Of a stretch of DNA of 64,000 bases, positions 50,141 to 61,990 are shown one piece after another. How positions within the stretch are numbered: the stretch's first letter is position 1; every line of letters starts with the position of its first letter. The position numbers and the translations under genes are program-made. The stretch covers positions 15,562,001-15,626,000 of the forward strand of contig OX597835.1 of NCBI GenBank assembly GCA_951406725.2. Direction: 5' to 3'. Below the pieces are notes generated by a model, which had not been told where the DNA came from, did not search any database, and was given only the letters and a program-made list of their open reading frames with translations. This stretch comes from Octopus vulgaris. Lineage: Eukaryota.

Positions 50141-50734
50141 ATATATATATATGTGTGTGTGTGTGTGTATATATATATATTTGAATATTCTCTAGTTTAC
50201 ATTAGTTTGTTATTCTGGTTGACACCATTTTTATTTTAAGTGTTTACCTTGAATCAAAACGTATTTAAGAAGTAAATGGCAATCCAAAGATTGATTGAAG
50301 TAAGTTTGCACAATTAAGTTTTAAGGTTCATAGGCGTAGGAGTGGCTGTGTGGTAAGTAGCTTGCTTACCAACCACATGGTTCTTGGTTCAGTCCCACTG
50401 CGTGGCACCTTGGGCAAGTGTCTTCTACTATAGCCTCAGGCCGACCAAAACCTTGTAAGTGGATTTGGTAGATGGAAACTGAAAGAAGCCCATCATATAT
50501 ATTGGGTTGGTGCATAATGAGTGTGGTTTTTTTTCAACAATGTAAAGTAATTCAAGCAGTCTAAGAAAATTTGTTCAATATCAAACAAACTGAACTTATT
50601 TGAAAAACTATAGAAAATGTATTGGAGATCTGTTATTGCTGTTTTTACAAATAATGAGGAACTTTTTGAAGCATAGAATCTTTTAGAAACAAAGATATAA
50701 TTATATATATTTGTTTTTTTTTTTTATATTTCAG

Positions 50735-50926
50735 CCCAGTCAGTGAGAAAGTAGCTCAAACAATTCTTGTTACATTAATTCCAATGGGTACAAAAATTCT
50801 AGCTTCCAATAATGATAGTCAAGGTTTCTCTGATCTTGTCAGTGTAATGAGATCTTTAGCTGGAGCTGGTCAGGGAAGTGGTCATAAGGCACTGTTCCAG
50901 GCTGCTGTTGGATGGTTGGAGACTTG
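50735..50926 (+). CDS. UBR4: UBR4 exon 34: SPVSEKVAQTILVTLIPMGTKIL...LAGAGQGSGHKALFQAAVGWLET
   Basis: tttcag|...|gtaagt; AGQGxGH...AAVxWL conserved. Confidence 0.95.
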
Positions 50927-52347
50927 GTAAGTTGTACTTTTTATGCTGTTAACTCTTTAACTCTTTTTGCAAATCCATAAACCAAAATAACACATTATAC
51001 TCTCTACCCATCAAGTTCAAAAAGCAAATTTTTTTACTTTGTCCACTGCGTAGGTAAACACTTGCAAATATAGAATTTTTTATCATTAAAGTGTTGCAAA
51101 AGTAATTTTATTCACTTTAGAATATAATTTTTTTGTTAATACAGCATAAAATTAAATGAATATGTAACAAACACAGCAAATAAGTTGTAAAATTGTGGCC
51201 TAAATGAGATGTAAACCTCATATTGAAACAGCTGTAGATTTTGCTATGATCCTTCTTTGACTGCAAGAACACAAGTGTATCATCGATTCAAACATACCTC
51301 TTTGAAACTTTCAGGAAAATGTGTCATAGAGTTTATTGGCACCTCAGAAACAAATTTCACTCTGAAGGAATTCTTTTGAAAACAAATCAAGTTTGGAGAG
51401 TTTTACTTTCCAAAACACTCCTTGCTATCATTGAAATCTATCAAATAATAAACTGTATTATCTCATTTCTTCACAACCACCAAGCTATTAACATAGTCAT
51501 TTGGTTCCTGAAGAGCTGAAATCCACTGAGTTACATAGTGTTATATAATAATTCCATATGACTCAGTGGATTTTAGTCTTACATTACAAGCTAAAGTTGG
51601 TGTTATTTGAAGCTCTACAGTAATTGTCTGATCACCGTAAAAAAACACCAAAACATTCAAAGACATCTGCTAACTTTTCTAATACATTTGCAAGGCTTAA
51701 TGCTATTTGTGTTGGAAGTTCTTCAACCTCTTTGAAATAATTCCAAAATTTACGCAATCTTCACTGCCAATTGTCTCTTAAATATGGCAGTCTCTATGAA
51801 ACCTGTAGAAATAGTATACTTTTTGTATGTACCACTGGTAGTTAGTTCTACAAGTGTCATAATTTGTAAAAGACTAGCATTTCTTCTTTATTGATAATGA
51901 CTTAAAGTAATTTCTCAGTAACAATCATTGATAACACTGTGTGCCCAAGTCTAATAATTCTTCCTGATTATTCTTCAATCATTAATAGATATACCCACAT
52001 ATATTTACCACTATTTAGTATGTCCACAAATAATGCACCTGTTTTCCTGGTGGTTAATTAGATTCTTTGGTTTCATGATTGAATATCATTCTGAATGAAA
52101 TGTAATCTCACAGACAAGTATAATGACAGCTACTAATAATCTGAAGTATTAAAGTTAACAATAATTCATCTGAGATGTGTTACAAGAATTTGGGTGGGTG
52201 GAGGGAACTAGAAAAGTTAATTAGCATACCAAGAAATTATGCATTCGTTTATATTGATATAATTTTCACTCCACATACTGGAATTAAAATTGAATGCAAT
52301 CTTATATTTAGCTTCAATGCTTTAATGTTTCTTAACATTTATTTCAG

Positions 52348-52411
52348 TTATTCTCACCTTTCTCAAAAAGATGTCATGGAAAAAATCAAAGAAAATGTGA
52401 AATCTGGAAAG
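52348..52411 (+). CDS. UBR4: UBR4 exon 35: CYSHLSQKDVMEKIKENVKSGK
   Basis: atttcag|...|gtaaaa; LSQKxVxEK...GK conserved. Confidence 0.92.
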
Positions 52412-53615
52412 GTAAAATTCTTTTAATCAACTGTGATCTAGAGAAAAGAAAAAAAAAAGAAATCCTGTTTTTTTTTTTTTTTGTTTTCTTAAGCCAGAAG
52501 GCTGGCATTTTTCTTTTGGTTAATTTTAACTTTTTAGTGAAATTTGAACATCTATATTCTTATTTTAAATCTCTTTTCTACGTGAGTTAGGGTTGTTAGG
52601 AACAATTTTTATATTCAGAAGTCCTTACCAATAGATCTTGTCTGGAGCAAATCTGACTTTTGTTTCGTCAAAATACCCCTACACACATCAATGGTTCTAT
52701 TAAGGTTTGAACTTATTACAGTGTAGTCATTAATCCATCATTTGAACTGTAAAGCTATTGTTGTCCATACCTCTACTACTCTTATGCAATGAGAAAAAAA
52801 AAATTCACACCTGAAGTCTTTCCTATCTTTCTGATAGATACCCCGCAAGACAAACACAAAAAATTCAATTAATTTAATATACTTTAGTATAAATTAAATT
52901 AATATAAGTTTAATTTGATTTAAATTGATATAAATTAAATTAAAATATTCATTGTATACAGTACTGTTTGTAAACAGGGATGATTTAGTGGATTACTGTA
53001 TAGATTGACATATGTCTTCCTTAAAGTATATTGATATATTTATTGTGAGAAATTTTTGAGCACCTTTTCAAACTTCACCCATCTAACACCTGTGGACATA
53101 TTTACAAAGTCAGAAAAAGCACAGCTCCCATGACTTCAGGAAACATTTTTTCACGCTGAGAGTTGCTGAAGCATGGAACAAACTGCCGGCATCAGTTGTT
53201 AGTTATCAGAGCACTGAATCCTTCAAAACTTCCATGCTTTCTGAGATTCGCCAACACTACACCTGATTACTTTCTGACAAGTTGTGGTGCACCTGAGCAC
53301 TGTATACAATAATTTCATTATTATTATTATTATGGATAACTATCGAAGATATTCAAGTCTACATAACTTATTTTTCCTGTGGTCTGCATTTCCAGCAGAG
53401 TACTTAATCCCAAAGTCTCCTGTCAGTCAAATTCTCATGGCAATAAAACAATTTGCTATCAATTTTTATGTGGTAGGTCTCAGTCATTCCACACTTGGCA
53501 AATTGCTATAATCTTCTGTTAGTCCTAACATCTTTCAGTAATAACATAAAATAATCAAGTTTGGGGGTCGTCTTTATTCTTATGTATATCACTTTTTCTT
53601 GTTTTGCTTTTGTAG

Positions 53616-53698
53616 CATCTGTCCATCTTGGATGCAATGTGTTCCTTGCTTTCTCACGTGGGAGAGGTGCTCAGTGCACTGAAAAGAAATTCTGAAAG
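53616..53698 (+). CDS. UBR4: UBR4 exon 36: HLSILDAMCSLLSHVGEVLSALKRNSE
   Basis: ttttgtag|...|gtaaat; aligns to human HVMILECTCHIMSYLADVTNAL. Confidence 0.9.
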
Positions 53699-54820
53699 GT
53701 AAATTCAGATACATACATAAATTGTTTGATTTTTGTGTTCTGGCACCCCATCATTATCGTCATCTTCTTTCTAGCTACTCCTGCCCACCATTGCATAATA
53801 CAAGGTAGCCATGTTTCTCTTCTATAGAAAAACACCTGTGCTTGCCCCTCTATTATACTTAAATCTCTCGACACCAGACATAAAACTACTAATCCTTTCC
53901 CTTTCAACACCCTCGAGGGGGGCCTTTTCCTTTCTTGTTTCTTGTACTTGACAACCTTACTAATGCTGTCACACTCTAACCTTTCATTATCTGACACAAG
54001 AGCCCTCTCCTCTCAAAATTCCTTGTCTTGCAAGTTACTTGGTGATCCTGCCACTGCTAGTGCCACTTAAAAAGCATCTAGTCCACACTGAAGTGGTTGG
54101 TATTTAGAAGGGCATCCAGCTGTAAAAACCATACCAAAACTGACCTCGCCCGTGCTGGTACCATGTAAAAAGCACTCGGTCCACTTTATGGGGCGGTTGG
54201 TGTTTAGGAAAGGCAAAACTAACACAGTAGCCTAGGGTGGTCTTCTAGCTGGCCTGCTCCTGTCACACTGTCCAACCCATGCTTGCATGGAAGGCAGACG
54301 TTAAATGATGATGATGAAGAGCATCCAACCACCATTCCAAAGCTGATATAGAAACTCAATGCCAGTCTGAAGGGGCCAAAGACTACCCTTTTGCTCCAAT
54401 ATCTGCTTTGGCAGTGTTTCTGCAATTGGATGCACCTTCCTAATACCAGCCACTTTACAGAGTGTACTGGGTACCTTTTTTGTGGTACTAGCACTAGTAA
54501 GATTGCAATTTAGTTTGCAAGACTAAGATCCCCATAGACTGAGTGGAGCTACAGTAGAGAGGGAGGTAACCTTATGCTATAAGATGTGGGGGTTAAAGAT
54601 TTAGGGAACAGACTGGAACAGTTTTGTTGCTGTAGAGGAGCTGCATGGCTACTCATGTTATAGAGGAGAGGGTGAGAATCATTTGGTATGAGACACCTTT
54701 CTGTATAACTTGATTAAACTATCTCAGGTGCTAACTGTGTATCCTACCTCACCAGATATTTTGAGTGTCCTTGCAACTATTCCTGATGGACCCACAGCTT
54801 TTCCTTTCTGCATGCCTTTA

Positions 54821-55208
54821 GGAAGGGAAGCACTCCGTCGGTTACGACAACGAGGGTTCCGGTTGATCCGATCAACGGAACAGCCTGCTCGTGAAATTAA
54901 CGTGTAAGTGGCTGAGCACTCCACAGACACGTGTACCCTTAACGTAGTTCTCGGGGATATTCAGCGTGACATGGAGAGTGACAAGGCCGGCCCTTTGAAA
55001 TACAGGTACAACAGAAACAGGAAGTCAGAATGAGAGAAAGTTGTGGTGAAAGAGTACAGCAGGGGTCACCACCATCCCTGCCGGAGCCTCGTGGAGCTTT
55101 AGGTGTTTTCACTCAATAAACACTCACAACGCCCGGTCTGGGAATCGAAACCGCGATCCTACGACCGCGAGCCCACTGCCCTGACCACTGGGCCATTGCG
55201 CCTCCACC
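54821..55208 (-). mobile_element. Young SINE family E with 13-bp TSD, nested in an RTE remnant (about 54680-55400, minus strand)
   Basis: TSD CTGCATGCCTTTA at 54808-54820 and 55209-55221; host peptide MQKGKAVGPSGIVARTLKISGEVGY. Confidence 0.9.
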
Positions 55209-55504
55209 CTGCATGCCTTTAATCATTTGATCAACCATGCTGCTCTCAACTTGAATTGCAGGTCTCTCCTTGTAGGGTCAGCATGAGAAGAATTGCTGTT
55301 CTCTCTCTGTAGGGTCAACATGAGAAGGCCCCTCTTTATCCCATGCATTCTACATGTTCAGTAAGCTCTTATAATAGCACTTCAACACCATTTTCTTGTG
55401 TATAATTATTAGATTTGGTTTTATGATTGTAAAAGGTTTTTGGTTTTCCTCTTGAAGTTATCAAGTTGGTTCTAATGTGTCTGTTTTCTTGTTTTCTTTT
55501 ACAG

Positions 55505-55553
55505 AGGTGGAGCCACTTCCCCTCCAATAGACCATGATGCTACAACTGCACAG
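55505..55553 (+). CDS. UBR4: UBR4 exon 37: RGGATSPPIDHDATTAQ
   Basis: ttttacag|...|gtaaga; 49 nt restores phase 2 to 0; poorly conserved linker. Confidence 0.83.
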
Positions 55554-56972
55554 GTAAGAAAAAATCAGATTAGAGCAGAGCTCAGTAAACTAAATGTCAT
55601 TGACTCCATCAAGGAATCATTTGATAACCTATACACCTCCATCAACCCAGAAAGGATGGAAGGCACAGTAGACCTAGGCAGAATTTGAGCTCAGCGTAAA
55701 GATGAACAGAATGCTACTAAGCATTTTACCTGGCATGCTAATAATTCTGCCAGCTCACCACCTTCATTTCTGAAATAATATTCATCATCATCATCATCAT
55801 TGTTTAACATCCGTTTTCCATGCTAGCATGGGTTGGATGGTTTGACTAGGGACTGCCAAGCTAGAAGGCTGCACCAGGCTCCAATTTGATCTGGCAAGGT
55901 TTCTACAGCTGGATGCCTTTCCTAACGCCAACCACTCCAAGAGTGTAGTGGGGGCTTTTTACGTGCCACTGGAATGGGAAGCCAGTCAGTATAATTAATA
56001 AAAAAATATTTTGATCTAAAAACAATAATTCCTTTATCCTTTTGTGTTGTTACTGTTTTTTTTAATAAGGAATATTTAAAGAAATTTAATGGAAACAATC
56101 AATAAAATTGAGAAAGAGCAATAAACATTCATATTGATACAGTCAGAATATATAATGTGAAGGCGCATGGTTAGAGCATCAAGCTCACTATCATGAGGTA
56201 GTGAGTTCGATTCCCAGAGTGTATGTTGTGTTCTTGAGCAAGATACTTTATTTCACATTACTCCAGTTCACTCAGCTGTAGAAATGAACTGCAACGTCAC
56301 TGGTGCCAAGCTGTATCGGCCTTTGTCTTTCCCTTGGATAACATCAGTGACACGGAGAGGGGAGGGTGGTATGCATGGGCAACTGCCGGTCTTCCTTAAA
56401 CAACCTTGCTTGGGTTTGTTCCTTGGAGGGGAACTTTCTAGATGCGATTAGATTGGAGCCTGGTGCAACCATCTGGTTCGCCAGACCTTAGTCAAATCGT
56501 CCAACCCATGGAAAGCAGATGTTAAACGATGGTCATTCACGACCAAAGGAGGTCTTTATCCTATATAATGTGAAATATCTGTTTAGTGAATATTAGTTAT
56601 TGCATTGATATTTGGTTTGAAATTAGCAAGTTTTATCCTTCAACTACTGCACTCTTCCAGATGCAGTTTGCTAATATTTCAATGTCCTGAATCTCTAAAT
56701 CACTTCAGGCATTTATTGGATCCCCACTGCACCCTGGAGATCAATATCAATCACTTTGCTGACAGCTGTATTAAGCCTAACAAAATGAATTGTGTTATTA
56801 AAACAGTGGTTGCGATGAATGTTCTTTTTGTTTCCTCATTAAATTGTTCTTATGCAAAGATCTTTTTTCTTTTCTTTCCCCAAAACTATTTTAATGTTTC
56901 TAAAAATTTTTTTTAAAATCAAGCATCAAACATATCTTCATGTTGTTTACTTTTTTTTATAATTCTTTATAG

Positions 56973-57038
56973 GATTTGGATAGTGATTGGGCTGATGAAA
57001 TGGGTGGAGATGATGAAGATTCTGCTGCCGAGGATTCG
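56973..57038 (+). CDS. UBR4: UBR4 exon 38: DLDSDWADEMGGDDEDSAAEDS
   Basis: ctttatag|...|gtatgt; DSDW...EDSxAEDS conserved. Confidence 0.94.
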
Positions 57039-58618
57039 GTATGTATTTAATTTTACTCATCTGAGCACAACCTGTTTAAAAATTAATTTACTGTTTGATT
57101 TTTGGACAGATATTACTTACAAATTCATTACTTGTGAAAAATAGAAAAAAAAAAAAACGCAAAAATAATTAGGAGTATCATATCAATTTTTAATTTCAGT
57201 TTTAGGGATCCAAATAAAATTTCTTAAAGCTTGAGTCTAAAAATTGTATGATATAAATTTAAGTGATAAATATTTAAAAACTATAGTAAGCTTCTTGTTT
57301 CAGTGTCTTTTTGAAACCTTTGTGGAAAATTTCTTTTTCAAACCAACATTTCAGAAGTCAGTCAATTTCTGTGCAGTTCTGTTATGCTTCTCATGGTCAT
57401 ACATAATCATCATTATCATCCTCATCATCTTCATCATTTGAAGTCCACTTTCCATACAGAGGAAGGTTGGATGGTTTGACAATATCCTGTGGGTTTGAGG
57501 GGCTGCATTGTGCTTTAGTGTTTTCTTTGGTATAGATTCTTCAGCTGGGTTTCTTTGGGTGTCTTTTTTTTTGTTTTTGTTTTTGTGGCACCAGCACTTG
57601 TGAGGTCACCATGCAGCATGGTAGACTAAAATCCCTTTCAATTGAGTGGAACAGCTGTAAATGAGGAGGTGGTTTTATGCTAGGGGATGAGGAAAATGTA
57701 ACAGAAGGGGACCAGAATAGGACAGGTTTGTTGTAGAGAAGCTACATTATAGCAGAGAAGGTGGGAGAGTGATCAGGTTGGAGGTGGAAAGTGATAAAAT
57801 AGTGGTCATGAGAAGTCAAGGTGGACCCTTGAGATACAAGGTGAATAAATGTGAGTGGGGGGGAGTAGAGGCTGCAAGTGTATGGGAGAGTGAAAGATGG
57901 GGAATGGGTGAAGAGGTGATTAGTATGAAGAACAAGTGTTGAGTGGGGTGATAAGTAGGGGAGAGCAGGTGACTAGTGTAGAAATCAGCTAGGGGTGAAG
58001 GCTGGATGTAGTGGTGGTGGGGAGGTAGGTAAGGGGGAGGAGATGACTGACAGTGCAGAAAAGGTGGGGGTAGTGAGTAGCAGAATAATAGGGAAATGGT
58101 AAGAGCATATGAGAGAAAGAAAGAGATAGACAGAGAGAGAAAGATGATGATGAGGTGTGATTGGGTAGGTTGCAAGTGTGTAGGTAGGTGGGAGAGACGA
58201 GTAGAGTAAATATGGTCTTGTATATTGGCATTGTTGTCGTTTCTGTTGTTTTACTGGGTTTCCATACTAGAATGGATTTTAACCGTTAGGTTTGCTCTGC
58301 TATGAGTCCCCACTTTTCTTAGTTGGTTCTTCATCATCATTTTTGTGAGACCCAAATTCTTGGCATCCATTCTCGCATCATTTCTTCTCATACCTTTCAT
58401 GGTTTTTTTTTTTTCCACTGCTGCAAGTACTTTCCACTGTTGGGAATTGGCACATTTTCACCAAGATGCATCCTGCATCCAAATGAAAATGTCCAAATCA
58501 GAAGAATCTCCTCTCTCTTAGATACATTGAGCCGATGCTTTTCATGGCTGCTCTTCTCTTAGCATATTTTTTTTGCTCTGCCTTTTTATTATTTTTTGTT
58601 TGTTTGTTTTACATTTAG

Positions 58619-58654
58619 CCTGAAGAGGACGAACAATATCAATTACCACTGCAG
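58619..58654 (+). CDS. UBR4: Candidate alternative 36-nt cassette exon of UBR4: PEEDEQYQLPLQ
   Basis: Long U-rich tract, ttttacatttag acceptor and CAG|gtactc donor; phase 0-0 and stop-free. It is not needed for colinearity with recalled human sequence, and there is no transcript evidence. Confidence 0.55.
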
Positions 58655-59418
58655 GTACTCAATGTTAAATTCTAGTTCAGTTTTATGAAATTGTTAAATA
58701 CTTAACATTGTGTGCTATGTTGGTGACTAGATGTCTTCTTAACTGCATGACATAACCTGTTACTTAACAATTTGACGCCATGTTATTTCTGAACAGCTTA
58801 GCATTATCTAGTTCATTTCCCGTGTGATATGATATGTTATGTTTTTGGAAGCATGACATGTCGAGTTAACTGTCTCAAAAATAGCCTTACCAAGTTTGTC
58901 TCTCGCCTTTGATTTAGCTTCTACAGTCAGAGCCCAAGTCTCACTTAAACATGCAGCAACACAGCTCTCGCGTTTTTGTTTGTTCGGTCTACCTTTCTCT
59001 CGCAGGAAGGTGACAGTTGTGTTAGTCCACACCTTTCTAACTAAACTACATTTTCAGCTTCAGCATTAATTTGTTAAGTAAAAATGGGAAAAAAAAAAAA
59101 AAAGAAAAAAAAAAAGACCCCTCTTACTACCACCACTACTACTACTATTACTACCGGTGTTATTGCTTTGTTACCAGTCTTTGTTACTCAGATCTATTAC
59201 CATAATTGCTTTGTTACCAGTGTTATCCTGCTTTGTTATCTAAGTTTTTACTTAGAAATGAAACAATTTTTGTTGTTTTTTTTTATACAAACTATTGTAC
59301 ACAAAGCATTGAAAATTAAAATCGCACACACACACACATACACACCCACAGAATTCATATTTACATTGATTTCCTTCATATTTTCATCCATTTAATCTTC
59401 TTAATTTATTTGTTCCAG

Positions 59419-59489
59419 GATGAAGAATCCCTGAATAATAAACTATGTACATTTACAATAACTCAAAAAGAATTCATGAACCAACATTG
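59419..59489 (+). CDS. UBR4: UBR4 exon 39, start of UBR box: [23 protein letters not shown]
   Basis: gttccag|...|gtaggt; [17 protein letters not shown] matches recalled human UBR4. Confidence 0.97.
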
Positions 59490-59984
59490 GTAGGTATTGT
59501 TAAACTATCTTTTATTTTTTTTTTTTTTTACTTGTTTCAGTTATTAGACTGTGACCATTCTGGGGCACTACTTTGGAGAATTTTTAGTCAAATGAATTGA
59601 TCCCAGAACATTTTATTTTCTTCTTTAACCCTTTAGTGTTTAAACTGGCCATACCAGGCCAAAATTATCTTCCTGTTATATGCTCAATCTAGCCAGCTCT
59701 GACCTCTCACACCTATCCAACAAAGTCATTCTAAAAATAAACAGGGACATCATCAAAATCTCAGAGTTACAAGATGCTGTACAATTAATTTAAAACAATG
59801 TGATTAAACAGACTTTACATTTGACAGAGTAATCTGAATGCTAAAGGGTTAAGCCAAGTACTTATTCTATCAGTCTTTTTTTGTTGTGTAGATGTTTCTG
59901 TATGAATATAATGCTTGGATAAAATATATTTTAGGCAATGCTGTTTGGTTGGGAAACTAAAACTATTTCATTTTTGTTCTCCAG

Positions 59985-60132
59985 GTATCACTGCCATACA
60001 TGTAAAATGGAAGATGGGGTTGGTGTATGCACCATTTGTGCCAAAGTTTGCCATAAAGACCATGACTTGTCCTACGCCAAATTTGGCTCCTTTTTCTGTG
60101 ATTGTGGAGCCAAAGAAGATAGTAGTTGTCTG
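59985..60132 (+). CDS. UBR4: UBR4 exon 40, UBR-box zinc finger: [50 protein letters not shown]
   Basis: ctccag|...|gtaatt; diagnostic UBR-type Cys/His pattern ending in FFCDCG. Confidence 0.98.
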
Positions 60133-60746
60133 GTAATTCATTTTATATTGATCTCAAAACAACACACACACAGTTTTCTTTATATTTAATTGCTTTCAGA
60201 TGCATTTGAAGCACCGTTGCTACTTGATAGTGAAGTGATTGGTTTGATGTTGCAGTGGAAGAGGTAATCTGGGGAAGAATGACCTAGAGTGTTGTCCGTT
60301 AAATGTGAAATCTGAAATATCTGAGAAGAGTAAGATTAGAAGTTTGAAGAATGAACTGTCTGAATGTAGCAAAGGTGTTTGTGTTGGTGTGATTAAGTAA
60401 TAGGTGTAGATGAGATATGCTGTGTTAGAAAAGAAAAAGAGAAAAGTGCTGCAAAGTGTTGAGTGTGGATAGTAGGTGTGGTAGAAGCTGATCAGTGTGA
60501 ACCTGTGAAATTGTGTTGACATCAAATTTGGAAACTATGGGAGCCACAGAAAAGAGGATCCAAAAGGAAAGGCTCAAAACGAATGAACAGATGGTGTTGT
60601 GTAGATTCTTCTTTCCCTTTGTCAACAAAACAATGAAGGCAATAATGATATGAAACTATATACAGCTTGCTTTTCTTTTTTTTTTTAAATCAAAGAATCA
60701 ATGTAAAAATTGTAATTCAGTTTTTAGCTCTAAACAGCATCTAGAT

Positions 60747-60904
60747 CAGGCATGGGCATCCTCTTTTTTTTTTGTTTGTGAAGCGGGCCACATTAGCCAT
60801 AGTTCATCAACTAGCAGGCCACACTACTAATAAAAAATTCAAGGTAATATTTTGTTAGGTGTGCTCCTCAGAAAGTCTCACAGGCTGTAAGTTGCCCGTG
60901 ACTG
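60747..60904. mobile_element. hAT-type MITE with 8-bp TSD
   Basis: TSD ATCTAGAT at 60739-60746 and 60905-60912; TIRs CAGGCATGGGCA / TGCCCGTGACTG. Confidence 0.82.
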
Positions 60905-61166
60905 ATCTAGATTTGGGCTAAAAGTAATCCTGATAAACAATCATTGTTGTCCCTTGTTGGTTTGTTTGTTGTCTTTTTTATCAACATATTTGTCTTGTCT
61001 TGAATTGTGTTTCATACTGATTTACATCAATCACAAGCCATAAATCAAACAAAGAATTTTCTTGTTGTTTCTCTTCTTTAATGATAATTAATATGATGGT
61101 GTGAAATCACTCCACAGACAATTAATCATTATGTTTATTGATATTGTCTCTTTTTGTATCGTTTAG

Positions 61167-61367
61167 GCTTTAGTAAAGCGCACACCACAGAGTGGTTTGG
61201 ACATTAGTGGTGCAAACTCCAGTCCCTCCCCTTTCTCAGGAGAAACAACATTACCCAGTTCTTTGCGTCGGAAGCTATCTTCTCCAGCCCCAGCAGATAG
61301 GACTGATGGCTTCAAGACTACTGACCAGTCGGTAAAATTAAGTGAAACTCTTTGCAAACAAATCGAA
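61167..61367 (+). CDS. UBR4: UBR4 exon 41: ALVKRTPQSG...SSPAPADR...LCKQIE
   Basis: gtttag|...|gtaagt; ALVKRTP conserved. Confidence 0.94.
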
Positions 61368-61776
61368 GTAAGTTCACTGGAAATTTTCTGATGAATGCTT
61401 GAAATGTGTTGTAGATGAGAAATGGCTTTAAAAACTTTACAGCCACCAAAAAAAAAACAAAAAAAAAAACGATTTTTTTCAAATGCATTAATGAAAAAAA
61501 AAATAAAGAGCATGGAATTGTAGTTTGTGTGTTAAGAAGATAGTGGTGTACTGAAAGGACCAATGGGGCTAAATGCCTGTTGATGTTGTGTATTCTTTTA
61601 TGCCTTTGAGTTCCAGTCTCCTTTCTTTTCATTACCCCCCTACTCTACAGACCAGTGAAATAGGTACCAGTTAGCTCCTGGGGCTGTTGCAATTGACCAT
61701 CCATCTCTAGTCTGTGTAGCTTTAGGTCAGATGTGACAATTATTAGTGATAGCATAATTAATTGAAATAAATTTGT

Positions 61777-61990
61777 GGCCGTTTGCCAGCTCTGTCTGGC
61801 ACCTGTGCGGGTGGCACGTAAAAAGCACCCACTACACTCACGGAGTGGTTGGCGTTAGGAAGGGCATCCAGCCGTAGAAACACTGCCAGATCTGACTGAG
61901 CCTGACGAAGCCTTCCAGCTTCACAGACCCCAGTTGAACCGTCCAACCCATGCTAGCATCGAAAGCGGACGCTAAATGATGATGATGATG
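61777..61990 (+). mobile_element. Young family B element
   Basis: Near-identical to about 47890-48105. Confidence 0.85.

Noticed and set aside
50950-52130. Possible decayed DNA-transposon (piggyBac-like) coding remnant on the minus strand
   Set aside because: Only vague traces; no diagnostic motif or clear TIR pair could be read by eye.
60200-60650. Possible CR1/L2 LINE 3' remnant on the minus strand (SFFPR-like trace)
   Set aside because: Too degenerate to call with confidence.
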